Source of the DNA: Aureliella sp. | Lineage (GTDB): Bacteria; Planctomycetota; Planctomycetia; Pirellulales; Pirellulaceae | Reading direction: 5' to 3' | NCBI GenBank assembly: GCA_963691875.1 | Contig: OY829846.1 | Span: forward strand, 3,424,001 to 3,488,000 | DNA: 64,000 bases | In this document: piece by piece, positions 31,138-41,127 of the stretch | Layout: every line of letters starts with the position of its first letter | Position numbering within the stretch: the stretch's first letter is position 1 | Notes under the pieces: model-generated | The model's input: only the letters and a program-made list of their open reading frames with translations | Database searches by the model: none | Told to the model about the DNA's origin: nothing | Translations under genes and position numbers: made by a program

Positions 31138-32481
31138 CTATTTGATCTCGTAGCTATACAGCAATTCTTGATCTCGCAAGTACAGCCGGCCATCAGCAAT
31201 CACCGGGTGAGTCCAAGCTCTGCCGCTCGGAGCTCGCTTCTTCGAAACCTCTGGAAGGATGAAACTCCCCTTCAAGCTGAATTGTTCCGCAGAAACTTCC
31301 AACAATCCGACTTGGCATTCGATTTCGCCAAAAACGTACAGGCGGTTGTCGGCGTAAATGATGGAGCCGTCTTCAATCTCGCCCTTCTTGTACCAAGCAA
31401 TTTTTCCTGAGTCCAAGTTCTGGCAAACCCAGCCTCGACGATCCGAGCAGCCGTAGATGTGCCCGTCTAGCAGCACAAAACCGCCTTGCTTGTTCTTCAT
31501 ATTGCGAGCCGCAGAACGCCCCATGATACTCTCCGCAGTGAACGAGTCACCATCTAGCTTGACTTCGATAAGATCACAACCGGCTCCGCCCCAACCATCA
31601 CTCAGATACACCTTATTGTCAGAAATAACCGGAGTAGGAATGACCACGTCATCGAAGGGCCGCTTACGTTTGTAGTACCACAACAGCTTGCCCTCAGGAG
31701 AAACCGAAGCAACGCCGCTTTGGGTGAGGATGACGTACTGCGCAAAACCATGAATCATTGCCTTAAGAGGTGAGGCGTAAGTCGCTGCCTCTGGAAGCTC
31801 CGCACAACGCCAAAGAAGCTCTCCCGTTTTCTTGTCCAGTGCCAAAAGCAAACCTTGCTTCCCGCCCGCCATACAGATCAATTGGTTGCCGTCGACTAGT
31901 GGGGACCAGCAAAAGCCCCAACCGAACAACTCGGGGCCGCCGCCAACAGGATTAACTTCTCCGCCCAGATCTTTCTGCAAGTTCAATCGCCACTTTTCTT
32001 GACCATCGAAGTCGGCGCAAACCAAGACGCCATCTCCAGCCAAGGCATAGACCATTCCGTCAGAGACGGTAGGAGTAGCGCGTGGCCCCTTGCCCCATGC
32101 ATTCGCCTTGAAGTCAAAGGGTTTTTCGTTGAGGACGAGGCTCCAAATTTCGGATCCGTCCGCAGCGTTGAGCGCAAACAGTTCACTTTTGCCATCTCTA
32201 GCACCCATCGTGTAGATGCGATCACCAACGACTGCTGGACAGGAGTAGCCAAGGCCCACTGTATTAATTTTCCAAGCCATTTTGGGACCACCCTCTGGCC
32301 ACTCCTGCAAGAGCCCCGTTTCCGTCGACTGACTATCTCGGTTCGGCCCTTGAAACTGAGCCCAATCATCGGCCTTGACTGTTGCCACTCCAATCCCCAA
32401 AAGGAGAAGACTGAGCAACTTAGTCACGTGACGAAATTTGGGCTGGAAAACGACTAAGAGTTTGCGTCCGGCACGGCTCAT
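31138..32481 (-). CDS. Exported PQQ-like beta-propeller repeat protein
   Basis: DWAQFQGPNRD, ALNAADGSEIW and WTHPVIADGRLYLRDQ motifs. Confidence 0.9.
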   Translation of the reverse strand: MSRAGRKLLVVFQPKFRHVTKLLSLLLLGIGVATVKADDWAQFQGPNRDSQSTETGLLQEWPEGGPKMAWKINTVGLGYSCPAVVGDRIYTMGARDGKSELFALNAADGSEIWSLVLNEKPFDFKANAWGKGPRATPTVSDGMVYALAGDGVLVCADFDGQEKWRLNLQKDLGGEVNPVGGGPELFGWGFCWSPLVDGNQLICMAGGKQGLLLALDKKTGELLWRCAELPEAATYASPLKAMIHGFAQYVILTQSGVASVSPEGKLLWYYKRKRPFDDVVIPTPVISDNKVYLSDGWGGAGCDLIEVKLDGDSFTAESIMGRSAARNMKNKQGGFVLLDGHIYGCSDRRGWVCQNLDSGKIAWYKKGEIEDGSIIYADNRLYVFGEIECQVGLLEVSAEQFSLKGSFILPEVSKKRAPSGRAWTHPVIADGRLYLRDQELLYSYEIK

Positions 32482-32911
32482 ATTGTCATCCTAGAGGCTG
32501 AATCTCAAGCTGTGGAAACGCAGCGGGAAAGTTAATTTGAGGCTGGAAAAAGCAAGGTCAGGATACTTCGGAGCCCCAAAAGGAACAAGTCACGCAGAGC
32601 CCGATTGTAGGCCCGAGAACTCGAATTTCATGGTGCGCACACGCCAGCCCTTGGAATTGCGGTGATCTTCTACGGCAGCATTGCCACAGGGGGGCGCGTC
32701 GGATGGAGCGCAGCGCACCCCGAAATTACCGAAACGAAAGGCGGGAAGAGCCACTTTTGGCTTTGCAGCTCATTCTAACCCCGCATCGACCCTCAAGCCA
32801 ATTGATTCTCCCCGAACCATGACGACCGTATCCCAAAGATCGAAGACTTCTCGAAATGCGTCGGAGATGGACGCTTACATAGCTCGACGCCTACAGTTCT
32901 CACAAAACACT

Positions 32912-33483
32912 CTAGAAATCTGCTTGCAAGCCGATTTGACAATCGATCATGTGCAGTATCTCATCCCATTCACCTATTTTGCTCGGCTGACTCTTGGCGA
33001 ACAGTACAGCTGGCGAGCCATCGTGTCGATAGAGTAGCAGCACGGCTTCATTGCTGACGCATTGCGAGAAAACACCCCACTCGTGTTTTGTCTCCACGCC
33101 TTCCTAGCCTACGCTAACACCGGAGCGAGACAGCTTGGCTTCGATAGGTTGAAACTCGCCCATTCGCTCGTGCGCACGCTTGCGGAGCTGCCAGTTCTGA
33201 ATCAAGACGGGCACACAGAGAAAGAGTGGAAAGCCAACACAAACAACCATGACAATGGTGTTCGCTGCCTGTGGAGAATAGGGACGAGTCGACACAGCAA
33301 CAGTGAGCAGAAGAATGGCGAAAACAAGAACCCCTCTGCACAAGCCTGCTATCTTGCGGCCGTAGCCCGGGCAATCAGTCGCTTCGCTGCGAGAATGTCC
33401 CCAAGAGTCGGACTGCCGAAAAAGAGGAACTCTTCCTTTAGCTTGAAAAGAAAGGGAACGGGCCCAAACTCGTCGGCGGACAT
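32912..33483 (-). pseudogene. YcxB-like membrane protein, disrupted
   Basis: ATG at 33483 with a GGAG RBS opens a short frame that ends near 33349. A two-TM frame ends at TAG 33104-33106 but continues in frame as EGVETKHEWGVFSQCVSNEAVLLLY..., a YcxB-like C-terminus. Confidence 0.55.
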
Positions 33484-33496
33484 AGTTTTTCTCCAA

Positions 33497-35314
33497 CTAC
33501 CCCGGTAAGGCTGAGGAACGTGATGCGGCATTCACATGAGGATCTGATACGGCGCTGGCCGACCCTCCCTGATGCACTCTCCAGTCCATCAGCTGTACCT
33601 CGACTTTGCGGAAGCCGCGAAACTCGTTGATCACCGGGCGAAAAGCAATGTCTATCTTGCCTTCGACTTTCTCGAGCTCGGGCATCCACTCTTCAGCAAC
33701 ACCAAAGGCGATCGCCCGCATGCGCTTTCCGAATTGGCCAAGCTGCATACTTAACGTCTTACCTGATGCACCAATAACTTTGGGCTCTTCAAGAATGTCG
33801 ACTCCCAGCGCACAGAAGGTGGGCTTGGCGTTTTCAGCCCCGAAGGGTGCAAGCTGTTCGATCTGGTCGACTGCGAGCATGTTCAACTGATCCAAAGTCG
33901 CCTCCGCATCGAACAGTACGGAAAGTTCAGACTCTAATTCACTCGACTGCTCTGCAACGGCTTCCATGAATGCGGTGCGAAAGCCGCTCAACTTCGACTC
34001 TTCGACCTTCATTCCAGCCGCCGCTGCGTGACCACCGCCGCTGACCAACCAGTCTTCGCACTCCATGAATGCGGCATGCAGGTTGACTCCGTTTGGGCTG
34101 CGGCCCGACCCCGTTCCCGGCTTGGCACCCAGCTTGTCCAATGCAACCAAGACCACAGGCTTGTGATGCCTTTCCGCCAATCGACCAGCGACGATACCGA
34201 TGACACCCGGGTGCCAATTAGGCGAAGCCAGTACAAAGGCCGGATCTTCATCGGGACTGTGGACTTCCTGAAGTTGCTTAGTTGCCGAAAGCTGAATACT
34301 TCGTTCTAGCTTCCCACGATTCCCGTTCAACTCGTCGATATAAGGTGCAAGTGCTTCAGCTCGCTCTTCGTCTTCTGTAATCAGCAGCTCTACACCAAGC
34401 TGAGCTTGGCCCAAGCGCCCAGCGGCATTCAATCGAGGTGCGATGGAAAATCCAAAGTCGTCTGAGTTCAGCTGCTCTTTCTCGTCGAGCTTTGCGATCT
34501 TCATGAGCTTTTGCAGACCAAGTGGCGCATGCTTTCGTAGAGTCTTCAGACCGCTCCGCACGATAACGCGATTTTCGTCCAACAGAGGCACAACGTCAGC
34601 GACCGTCGCGATGGCGGCTAACCCGACCGCTTGCAGCAGGAAGTCTCGCAGGCGATCCGTCACCTTGGGCGAACCACAATGTGCCTGGCAAAGAGCCCAA
34701 GCCAGCTTGAAGGCAACTCCTGCACCACACAAACCGGGAAACGGATAGTTTGTGCCTGGCAAGCTCGGATGCACAATAGCGTCTGCCACTGGCAATTCTT
34801 CTGCGAAGCGGTGATGGTCGGTAACGATCAGCGAAACGCCCAATTCGTGCGCTCGCTTTGCTGCCACGATACTCGCGATTCCACAATCGACGGTAATGAT
34901 CAACTGCTTACCACGAGCTTGTAATTTCTCTACAACTTCTGCGTGCAGTCCGTAGCCCTCCTCCATGCGGTTCGGCAGATGGTAGATAACTTTGGCACCG
35001 ATCAAACTTAGGCATCGGTAGAGAATCGATGTCGCGGTCATGCCATCGGCGTCGTAGTCACCATAAACGACGATTTCCTCCTCACCGCTGATCGCTTTCA
35101 TGATCCGCTCAACAGCAGCCGGCAATCCAGGGAGTTCCTCTGGCGGACGCAGGTCGGTGAGCTTTGCTTCCAGAAACCGCGTGACATCCTCCCGCTCGGT
35201 GATTCCGCGATTCAGCAACAGTTGCGCGACGATAGGCGCAACCCCCGCTCGCTCAACCAGCGACTCGATCTCCGCTCGGTCGTGAGGCGTAAACTTCCAT
35301 TTCTTCGCGGGCAT
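33497..35314 (-). CDS. recJ: Single-stranded-DNA-specific exonuclease
   Basis: YGDYDADG, ITVDCGI, TDHH, ADVVPL..ENR, PRLNAAGRL and GGHAAAAG motifs. Confidence 0.97.
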   Translation of the reverse strand: MPAKKWKFTPHDRAEIESLVERAGVAPIVAQLLLNRGITEREDVTRFLEAKLTDLRPPEELPGLPAAVERIMKAISGEEEIVVYGDYDADGMTATSILYRCLSLIGAKVIYHLPNRMEEGYGLHAEVVEKLQARGKQLIITVDCGIASIVAAKRAHELGVSLIVTDHHRFAEELPVADAIVHPSLPGTNYPFPGLCGAGVAFKLAWALCQAHCGSPKVTDRLRDFLLQAVGLAAIATVADVVPLLDENRVIVRSGLKTLRKHAPLGLQKLMKIAKLDEKEQLNSDDFGFSIAPRLNAAGRLGQAQLGVELLITEDEERAEALAPYIDELNGNRGKLERSIQLSATKQLQEVHSPDEDPAFVLASPNWHPGVIGIVAGRLAERHHKPVVLVALDKLGAKPGTGSGRSPNGVNLHAAFMECEDWLVSGGGHAAAAGMKVEESKLSGFRTAFMEAVAEQSSELESELSVLFDAEATLDQLNMLAVDQIEQLAPFGAENAKPTFCALGVDILEEPKVIGASGKTLSMQLGQFGKRMRAIAFGVAEEWMPELEKVEGKIDIAFRPVINEFRGFRKVEVQLMDWRVHQGGSASAVSDPHVNAASRSSALPG

Positions 35315-35584
35315 ACTAGCATCCTGGTCAAGCACTTCTATTTCGAAGCTGTATCATAGCCTTTTCGCCGATCCTACTGTAGGTCTTGTGACTTCATTAG
35401 CGGAGCAGATCAGAGTCGCAAATTGGTGAGATGAGCCGTATCCGCTAACGTCGGGCCGAACCAAGAAAACACTTGCCGGCGGCTCACGAATCGGCCCCCT
35501 GATTTGCCATGTATTGCCGTGTTCGCGTCGCCGCGGCATGCCCGAGAACCTTCTCATTTCGGCTCAACCACGGAACCCAAGAGA

Positions 35585-36724
35585 ATGAATTACTGCACTG
35601 CCGTCATTGGGACGGGTTTCATTGGCCCAGTCCATGTCGAAGCACTTCGCCGTGCCGGAGTCAGCGTTACAGGGATCTTAGGCAGTTCGCCAGCGAAATC
35701 CGTTGCTGCTGCCGAAAGTCTGCACCTTCCAAGAGCCTACCAACACCTGGAAGAAATCCTTTTGGACAAGGAAGTAGACTGCATTCACATCACTTCTCCC
35801 AATCAGGCTCACTTCGCCCAAGCCACCGCCAGCTTGAAAGCCGGCAAACACGTTCTATGCGAGAAGCCGTTGGCGATGAACTCAACCGAGAGTGCCCAGC
35901 TCGTAGCACTCGCGGAGCAAACGGGCCTGGCCGCAGGAGTCAACTACAACATCCGCTACTACCCACTTTGCATTGAAGCCGCCGAACGGCAGCGTGGCGG
36001 AGGACTCGGCAACATTTATCACGTTCAAGGCAGCTATGTGCAGGACTGGCTGTTTCACCGGAGCGACTACAACTGGCGCGTCAGCGCAGCTGAAGGCGGA
36101 CCACTGCGAGCCGTCGCCGACATTGGAACACATTGGCTTGATCTGGTGCAAACCATCGTTGGCTCCAAAGTCCAATCTGTCATGGCAGACTTGCAGATTG
36201 TATTTCCTGAACGTGATCGTCCCACCGGTGGCGTCGAGACCTTCTCTAACAAAATCGATGCATCGCAGCCTGATGCGACGGAGACGGTGAAGATCGACAC
36301 CGAAGACGCAGGGAACATTCTGCTGCGATTCGAGTGCGGCGCTCGCGGCTGCTTGCATGTATCCCAAGTGACGGCAGGTCGGAAGAATTGCCTACGCTTC
36401 GATATCGCTGGCTCCAAGCAATCGATCTCATGGAATAGCGAACAGCCCAACCAGCTTTGGGCGGGCCGTCGCGACCAGCCAAACGAGTCCCTCATTCGCG
36501 ATCCAGCTTTGATGCACCAACGAGCAAGCGACTTTTCAAGCTATCCGGCAGGTCATAACGAAGGATTCTCAGACACTTTCAAGCAACTTTTCATCGACTT
36601 TTACAGCTCGATAGGTTCAGACAACCCCAGCTACCCCACTTTCGCCGACGGGCACCAAGAAACTCTACTCTGCGAAGCGATTCTCCAGAGCGCAAAACAA
36701 GAGAGTTGGGTATCAGTCAATTAG
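35585..36724 (+). CDS. Gfo/Idh/MocA family oxidoreductase
   Basis: GTGFIG, GKHVLCEKPLA and DIGTHWLD motifs. Confidence 0.93.
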   Translation: MNYCTAVIGTGFIGPVHVEALRRAGVSVTGILGSSPAKSVAAAESLHLPRAYQHLEEILLDKEVDCIHITSPNQAHFAQATASLKAGKHVLCEKPLAMNSTESAQLVALAEQTGLAAGVNYNIRYYPLCIEAAERQRGGGLGNIYHVQGSYVQDWLFHRSDYNWRVSAAEGGPLRAVADIGTHWLDLVQTIVGSKVQSVMADLQIVFPERDRPTGGVETFSNKIDASQPDATETVKIDTEDAGNILLRFECGARGCLHVSQVTAGRKNCLRFDIAGSKQSISWNSEQPNQLWAGRRDQPNESLIRDPALMHQRASDFSSYPAGHNEGFSDTFKQLFIDFYSSIGSDNPSYPTFADGHQETLLCEAILQSAKQESWVSVN

Positions 36725-36733
36725 ATCGCCAAC

Positions 36734-37290
36734 TTACCGAGTAACGCCATTCTTATCAAACTGCTCTTGCATGACGTGGGTCGAGCCCAGCTCGTGGTGA
36801 AAGGTGTAAATGAGATGCAATAGCAGCATGCAGGCCGCCAAAGATCCAATGATGCCTAGGAAGGCAAAGGGTTCTCGAATACGCTTGCCGCTCACCGTTG
36901 CGAACCAAGCTAGTGCCGAAAAGATGAAGTAGGACATACGTCGAAAGTTTGCCGTCTCGATCAAATCACGATATGAGTATTTCTCTGCGAGAGCCGCCAG
37001 GCCTCCGAAGAGACTCCATATCATTACACAGTTGACTACCGCGCAGACGAGAACAAAGGTCAGCTCGGTTGTAACCTACATGTCGATGATCGAGAGAACG
37101 ACTAGAGCTAAGGCCGTAGGATATGGTGTAGAAAACCTCGGACTCCGGCCGTTCAAATCGGTACATCCCAAGGCGACCGCAAGATAGCCAACAAAATCGG
37201 GCAGCAGATCCACCTGACGAATTTTGTGAATTCGCAGTACGCCAGGACAAGGCCCCAAAAGCATTTCCGTCTTTTTCGGAAAAGCTTGTA
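36734..37290 (-). pseudogene. Decayed membrane protein gene
   Basis: ORFs 37076-37264 and 36734-37024 are in frame, separated by one TAG plus 17 sense codons. An upstream FWGLVL segment lies in another frame. Confidence 0.55.
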
Positions 37291-37666
37291 AGTCGCGTTA
37301 CTTCTCGACGTCTCTATCTGTAGCGAACGTGATTTCAAACGTGTTTGATTCCGACGGAGCACCTTTGTGCTCTAGTGCAACCCATCAAAAGGAGCTTGCT
37401 CGACTCGAAATATCCCGCCTAACTTAAGCCCGCTCTGCTGATCGGCTTCGCCGCGTTGCAGCAGGCGGGCCCTACACCTGTGGTTCGCCGTTGCATGGCA
37501 AGGTCGCATCACGGTGCAAAACTAGCCTTCCGCCCCAAAGATGAAATCACGTTCGCTTGTTTTTTCTTCTTGCTGTGGTCGCATTCGTAAGAACGCTGCT
37601 CCACAGAGTAATTCGATCTTCCTATGAAGCCCCATACGGTCGGGCCAAAAACCAAGGAACATTTTT

Positions 37667-38161
37667 ATGCATACTAACGCTCGCAACCTTCACTCTCGAT
37701 TCGTCCTACCTACTTCCATGCTGCTACTCACATTCGCCTCAGCGCCAATCGCTCTGTCTCAGCAAAGTGATCGTGGGCAAAGAGAATCTATGAAGAGCCG
37801 CGCACAGACGACTTCAAGCGAAAAACCGCCTGCCTCACAGGCCAAGACGAAGCCAAAACTGACTGGACGCCTGCCGCGCTATTTCTCCGCTGTTATCAGC
37901 CCAGACCAACGGAGCGAAATCTATCGCATTCAAAAGGATTACGCCGCCCAGATCAAGGCCCTCCAAGAACAACTTGCTGCCTTGAAAACAGACGAGATGG
38001 AAGAGATAGAAGCAGTGCTTTCGAAAACTCAGCTCAAGCAAGTTGGACAGATGCGAGAGAAAGCAAAGGAACGAATAGCCACCCGACGAGCGGCAGGCTC
38101 AACCAAGCCCCAATCGGCCTCGCGCGAAAAAGTCACTGAGACAGCGAACCCCCCAAGATAA
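37667..38161 (+). CDS. Exported hypothetical protein with helical core
   Basis: Signal-like stretch and a GRLPRYF...QRSEIYRIQ...EIEAVLS helical motif. Confidence 0.7.
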   Translation: MHTNARNLHSRFVLPTSMLLLTFASAPIALSQQSDRGQRESMKSRAQTTSSEKPPASQAKTKPKLTGRLPRYFSAVISPDQRSEIYRIQKDYAAQIKALQEQLAALKTDEMEEIEAVLSKTQLKQVGQMREKAKERIATRRAAGSTKPQSASREKVTETANPPR

Positions 38162-38411
38162 GAGCTGAGTCCAGAAAGGACCTCGCGAGTGGTCTGGCCG
38201 GGGCGCACCTGATCCCCAAGTTGCTCCGGTCGGGCTACCGCCCTTTCTGTGGGGCCGGAGGCAAAGCCGAAAGGAAAGAATCCAGGCAGCTGCCTTTAGC
38301 GTTCCGCCAGGCATAACAAGTCTCATGATAGCAGGTCAAATTGCCCTCAATTGACCTATTTGCCAACAGCGCATGTCGCGAGCCTTGGAGCAGAGCAAGA
38401 AACCTTTCAAT

Positions 38412-39710
38412 TCACAACTCATCCACCACCAATCCAAATGCATCGGCGCTAACAACTTGAATTTGAGCCCCATCTTCCACCAATCCACTTTGGGCTCGAG
38501 CTGGATACTCTGCACCTTCCACAAGCACAACTCCAGATGGATTGAGCGCACCCACGCTTACGCCAATCCTGCCAATCATATTCTTCAGTCTCGGCGGTTG
38601 ATTCGCGTTTGCACTCGCTCCGGGATCTTCCGTTCTGGCAAACCTCCTGCGAGACCTCTTGTTTTCCTCACCGCATACGCAGCCATCTAGACAGTAGGCG
38701 CATCCATCGAAATTGCAGGACAGACATTCCGCTCCGGGACAATGGCAATTCACGCAATCGCAACTGTTCCCTGCATCACAGCAGTTGCAATCGCAGCCGC
38801 CGCAAGCACAGCCATCACAGAAGCCGCTTCGTTGGCGGAGCAAAGGACTCCGAAAACGACTAGCAGACGATACTCTTGTCCTCGGCTGTAGCGTGAGCCG
38901 TTTTTTGCTAGTCAGACTTCCCATACGTGAGCGAAGAACTTGCGCTGATAGAGAACTCGGACCAGCTATTTCGCTGCACGCCCAGCCAGCCGCACTGAGT
39001 TCTTGCTGAGCCTTCAGTAGCGCCGCATGAGCTTGCTCTGCAGAACGGACTGGATTGGCCTGTTTGCGTCTGACATCACGCGGCCAATCTATGGCACAAT
39101 CAAATGCAATAATGGCTGCGCCAACATAGCCTCCGATACCCAAGAGTCGCTTCTTCAGATCCCTAGCGAGTGCAAGCTGGTTGCCAAGTAGAGAGAACAA
39201 GTATGCAAAGCCATCACGAGTTGCAGATTGGAAATCGCTCAAGTCGCTGCTGGAAGACCTCTCGGCGCGTTGATGTGTCTCCATGATGCATGTCAGCCGA
39301 TCTTCAAAGCTTGAGTCTATGGTGAGAAAGTGCTCGTGCGCCCGATTGATAGACTTGCGAAGCCACCAGAGCACAACTCGGGCAGACGCGCTACGGTCGT
39401 CTGCCACGTCGTCTCGCATCTTGATTTCGGCCAACAAGATCGCAAACCCCGCGCAAAAATCGGCGACCTGTTTGTCCTGGTCGCTACAGTTCCTTGGTCC
39501 TTTCTTGCAGAGTCGGCAGCAGGTTGGTGCTTCGGCACCTGGGGCACTGCACAGCTTCAGGTCGATAGCTAAGGCGTACAGAAAGACCGATTCATAGCTA
39601 TGGAAAAAAGTGGAGAGCCGTCCCTCTCGCTGCCACATATTTTGGCAGCAACGGGCATAAACCTGCCGATAAGACCTTCCGACGCATCCTGGGTTTAAGA
39701 ATCCGAACAT
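38412..39710 (-). CDS. DUF5685-like protein with Cys-rich tract and C-terminal NfeD-like OB domain
   Basis: MFGFLNP start, KMRDDVAD and DCAIDWPRD motifs; C-terminus GRIGVSVGALNPSGVVLVEGAEYPAR...IQVV. Confidence 0.65.
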   Translation of the reverse strand: MFGFLNPGCVGRSYRQVYARCCQNMWQREGRLSTFFHSYESVFLYALAIDLKLCSAPGAEAPTCCRLCKKGPRNCSDQDKQVADFCAGFAILLAEIKMRDDVADDRSASARVVLWWLRKSINRAHEHFLTIDSSFEDRLTCIMETHQRAERSSSSDLSDFQSATRDGFAYLFSLLGNQLALARDLKKRLLGIGGYVGAAIIAFDCAIDWPRDVRRKQANPVRSAEQAHAALLKAQQELSAAGWACSEIAGPSSLSAQVLRSRMGSLTSKKRLTLQPRTRVSSASRFRSPLLRQRSGFCDGCACGGCDCNCCDAGNSCDCVNCHCPGAECLSCNFDGCAYCLDGCVCGEENKRSRRRFARTEDPGASANANQPPRLKNMIGRIGVSVGALNPSGVVLVEGAEYPARAQSGLVEDGAQIQVVSADAFGLVVDEL

Positions 39711-39737
39711 GTAAGGTTAGCTTTCGGACGATACGTT

Positions 39738-41117
39738 CTAAGAGGACTTGGTTTTATTCTTTTTCGGCGTAGCTTTCTTTTCCGCCTGAGCCTTTTGCTT
39801 TGCTTTCTTTGCTTCGGCTGCCCAATTGGCGAATCTGAGAGGACGTGCGTCAGCATACTGACTGAGCGCATCTTGAAGCATTGCTCTTATCCTTACCTGT
39901 TCTTGTGTTAGCCCAACGGCGTCCAACGGAGATTCCTCAAGCACATCATTTTGGATATCGTAGAAATCGCCACTACTGTACAGCTTGTATCGCTGGTTGC
40001 GTGTGAACTCCTTGCCGGTGGGACCACCATTTCGAGCATACCAAACGTAAATCCAGTCGCGAGGATTTCCCTTTTCGCCTCGCAGTTGCGGCAAGAAGCT
40101 GCGGCCATCGATCGGACGATCAGAGGGTAGCGGAACACCAGCTGCTTCACAAAGGGTAGGCATAAAGTCGCTAAAATCCACCAAGTCTTGGCTCACTGCT
40201 CCAGCAGGCATGCGGCCTGGCCAATGCGCTATGAAAGGGACACGACAGCCCGCATCAGGCGTTGTGCCTTTCGCGCCGACTACCTTGCGACCGTTCATCA
40301 TCGAAACGACAGGCGTATCGGTACCGTTGTCTCCAGTGAACAGGACGATCGTGTTGTCTCGGACACCAGATGCTTCTAGTTGATCCAGAATCCGCCCTAC
40401 GATCTTGTCCATATAGTTGACCATGTCGCCAAAGTACTTGGCGTCACCCTTGTAAGTCTTCGAGCCCTTGCTGGTTGGATCCCAGTCGTCGGAATCAGGT
40501 GTCGGCTCAAAAGGACAATGCGTCAGGATCATGGGGTAGTAGAGAAGAAAGGGACAATCTTTGTGACGTTGGATGAAGTCACAGGCGTAGTCTGCGCAAA
40601 TGTCCGGGCCGTACTTGCCGGGAAAGTCTTTCTTGACTCCATTGATCTCTAGCCCCGGTGAAGCGTAGCGAGATTTTGATCGCAACATATGCCACAGGCA
40701 GTATTCGTCGAAGCCAAAATGATCTGGCAAGCTTGTATCCTTTCCGAGCTGCCACTTGCCGACGATCCCAGTCCTGTAACCTCCCTCACGCAATTGATGT
40801 GCGAATGTTCGTTGCTTCTTCTCGAGCAGACCAAACACAGCGTAGTTACGAACGTTGTACATTCCCGTCATCAGCTTGACTCGGGAAGGAGTGCAAATGG
40901 GCTGCGAATAACAGTGCTCGAAGCGTATCCCTTGCTTGGCCAAGCTATCCAATACTGGCGTCTGATAGGATTCGCCTCCGTTGGCCGTTATGCACTCGTA
41001 GCCCAAATCGTCTGCCATGATTAGCAAGATGTTCGGCTTCTCGTCAGCTAGTGCTAACGTCGACACCAGCAGGCATACGAACGCCGTGAGATGTGTCTTT
41101 AAGTGTTTGCAATTCAT
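39738..41117 (-). CDS. Arylsulfatase-like FGly sulfatase
   Basis: KPNILLIMADDLG, CTPSR, GKWQLG and FTGDNG motifs. Confidence 0.95.
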   Translation of the reverse strand: MNCKHLKTHLTAFVCLLVSTLALADEKPNILLIMADDLGYECITANGGESYQTPVLDSLAKQGIRFEHCYSQPICTPSRVKLMTGMYNVRNYAVFGLLEKKQRTFAHQLREGGYRTGIVGKWQLGKDTSLPDHFGFDEYCLWHMLRSKSRYASPGLEINGVKKDFPGKYGPDICADYACDFIQRHKDCPFLLYYPMILTHCPFEPTPDSDDWDPTSKGSKTYKGDAKYFGDMVNYMDKIVGRILDQLEASGVRDNTIVLFTGDNGTDTPVVSMMNGRKVVGAKGTTPDAGCRVPFIAHWPGRMPAGAVSQDLVDFSDFMPTLCEAAGVPLPSDRPIDGRSFLPQLRGEKGNPRDWIYVWYARNGGPTGKEFTRNQRYKLYSSGDFYDIQNDVLEESPLDAVGLTQEQVRIRAMLQDALSQYADARPLRFANWAAEAKKAKQKAQAEKKATPKKNKTKSS

Positions 41118-41127
41118 AGAAGTCTTC

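Noticed and set aside
2532..37078. Several in-frame TAG codons inside gene-like sequence, suggesting amber recoding or readthrough
   Set aside because: The same loci also have TAA/TGA stops or frameshifts, and intact genes (recJ, tadC, phoD) end in TAG. Decay explains the pattern better.
38163..38190. CTGA-GTCC-AGAAA-GGAC resembling a hammerhead ribozyme stem II
   Set aside because: The CUGANGA core is incomplete and the GAAA after stem II is missing.
38225..38285. Partial resemblance to a c-di-GMP-I riboswitch or SRP domain IV
   Set aside because: The conserved elements are not in the right order on one strand, and the site is at the 3' end of both flanking genes.
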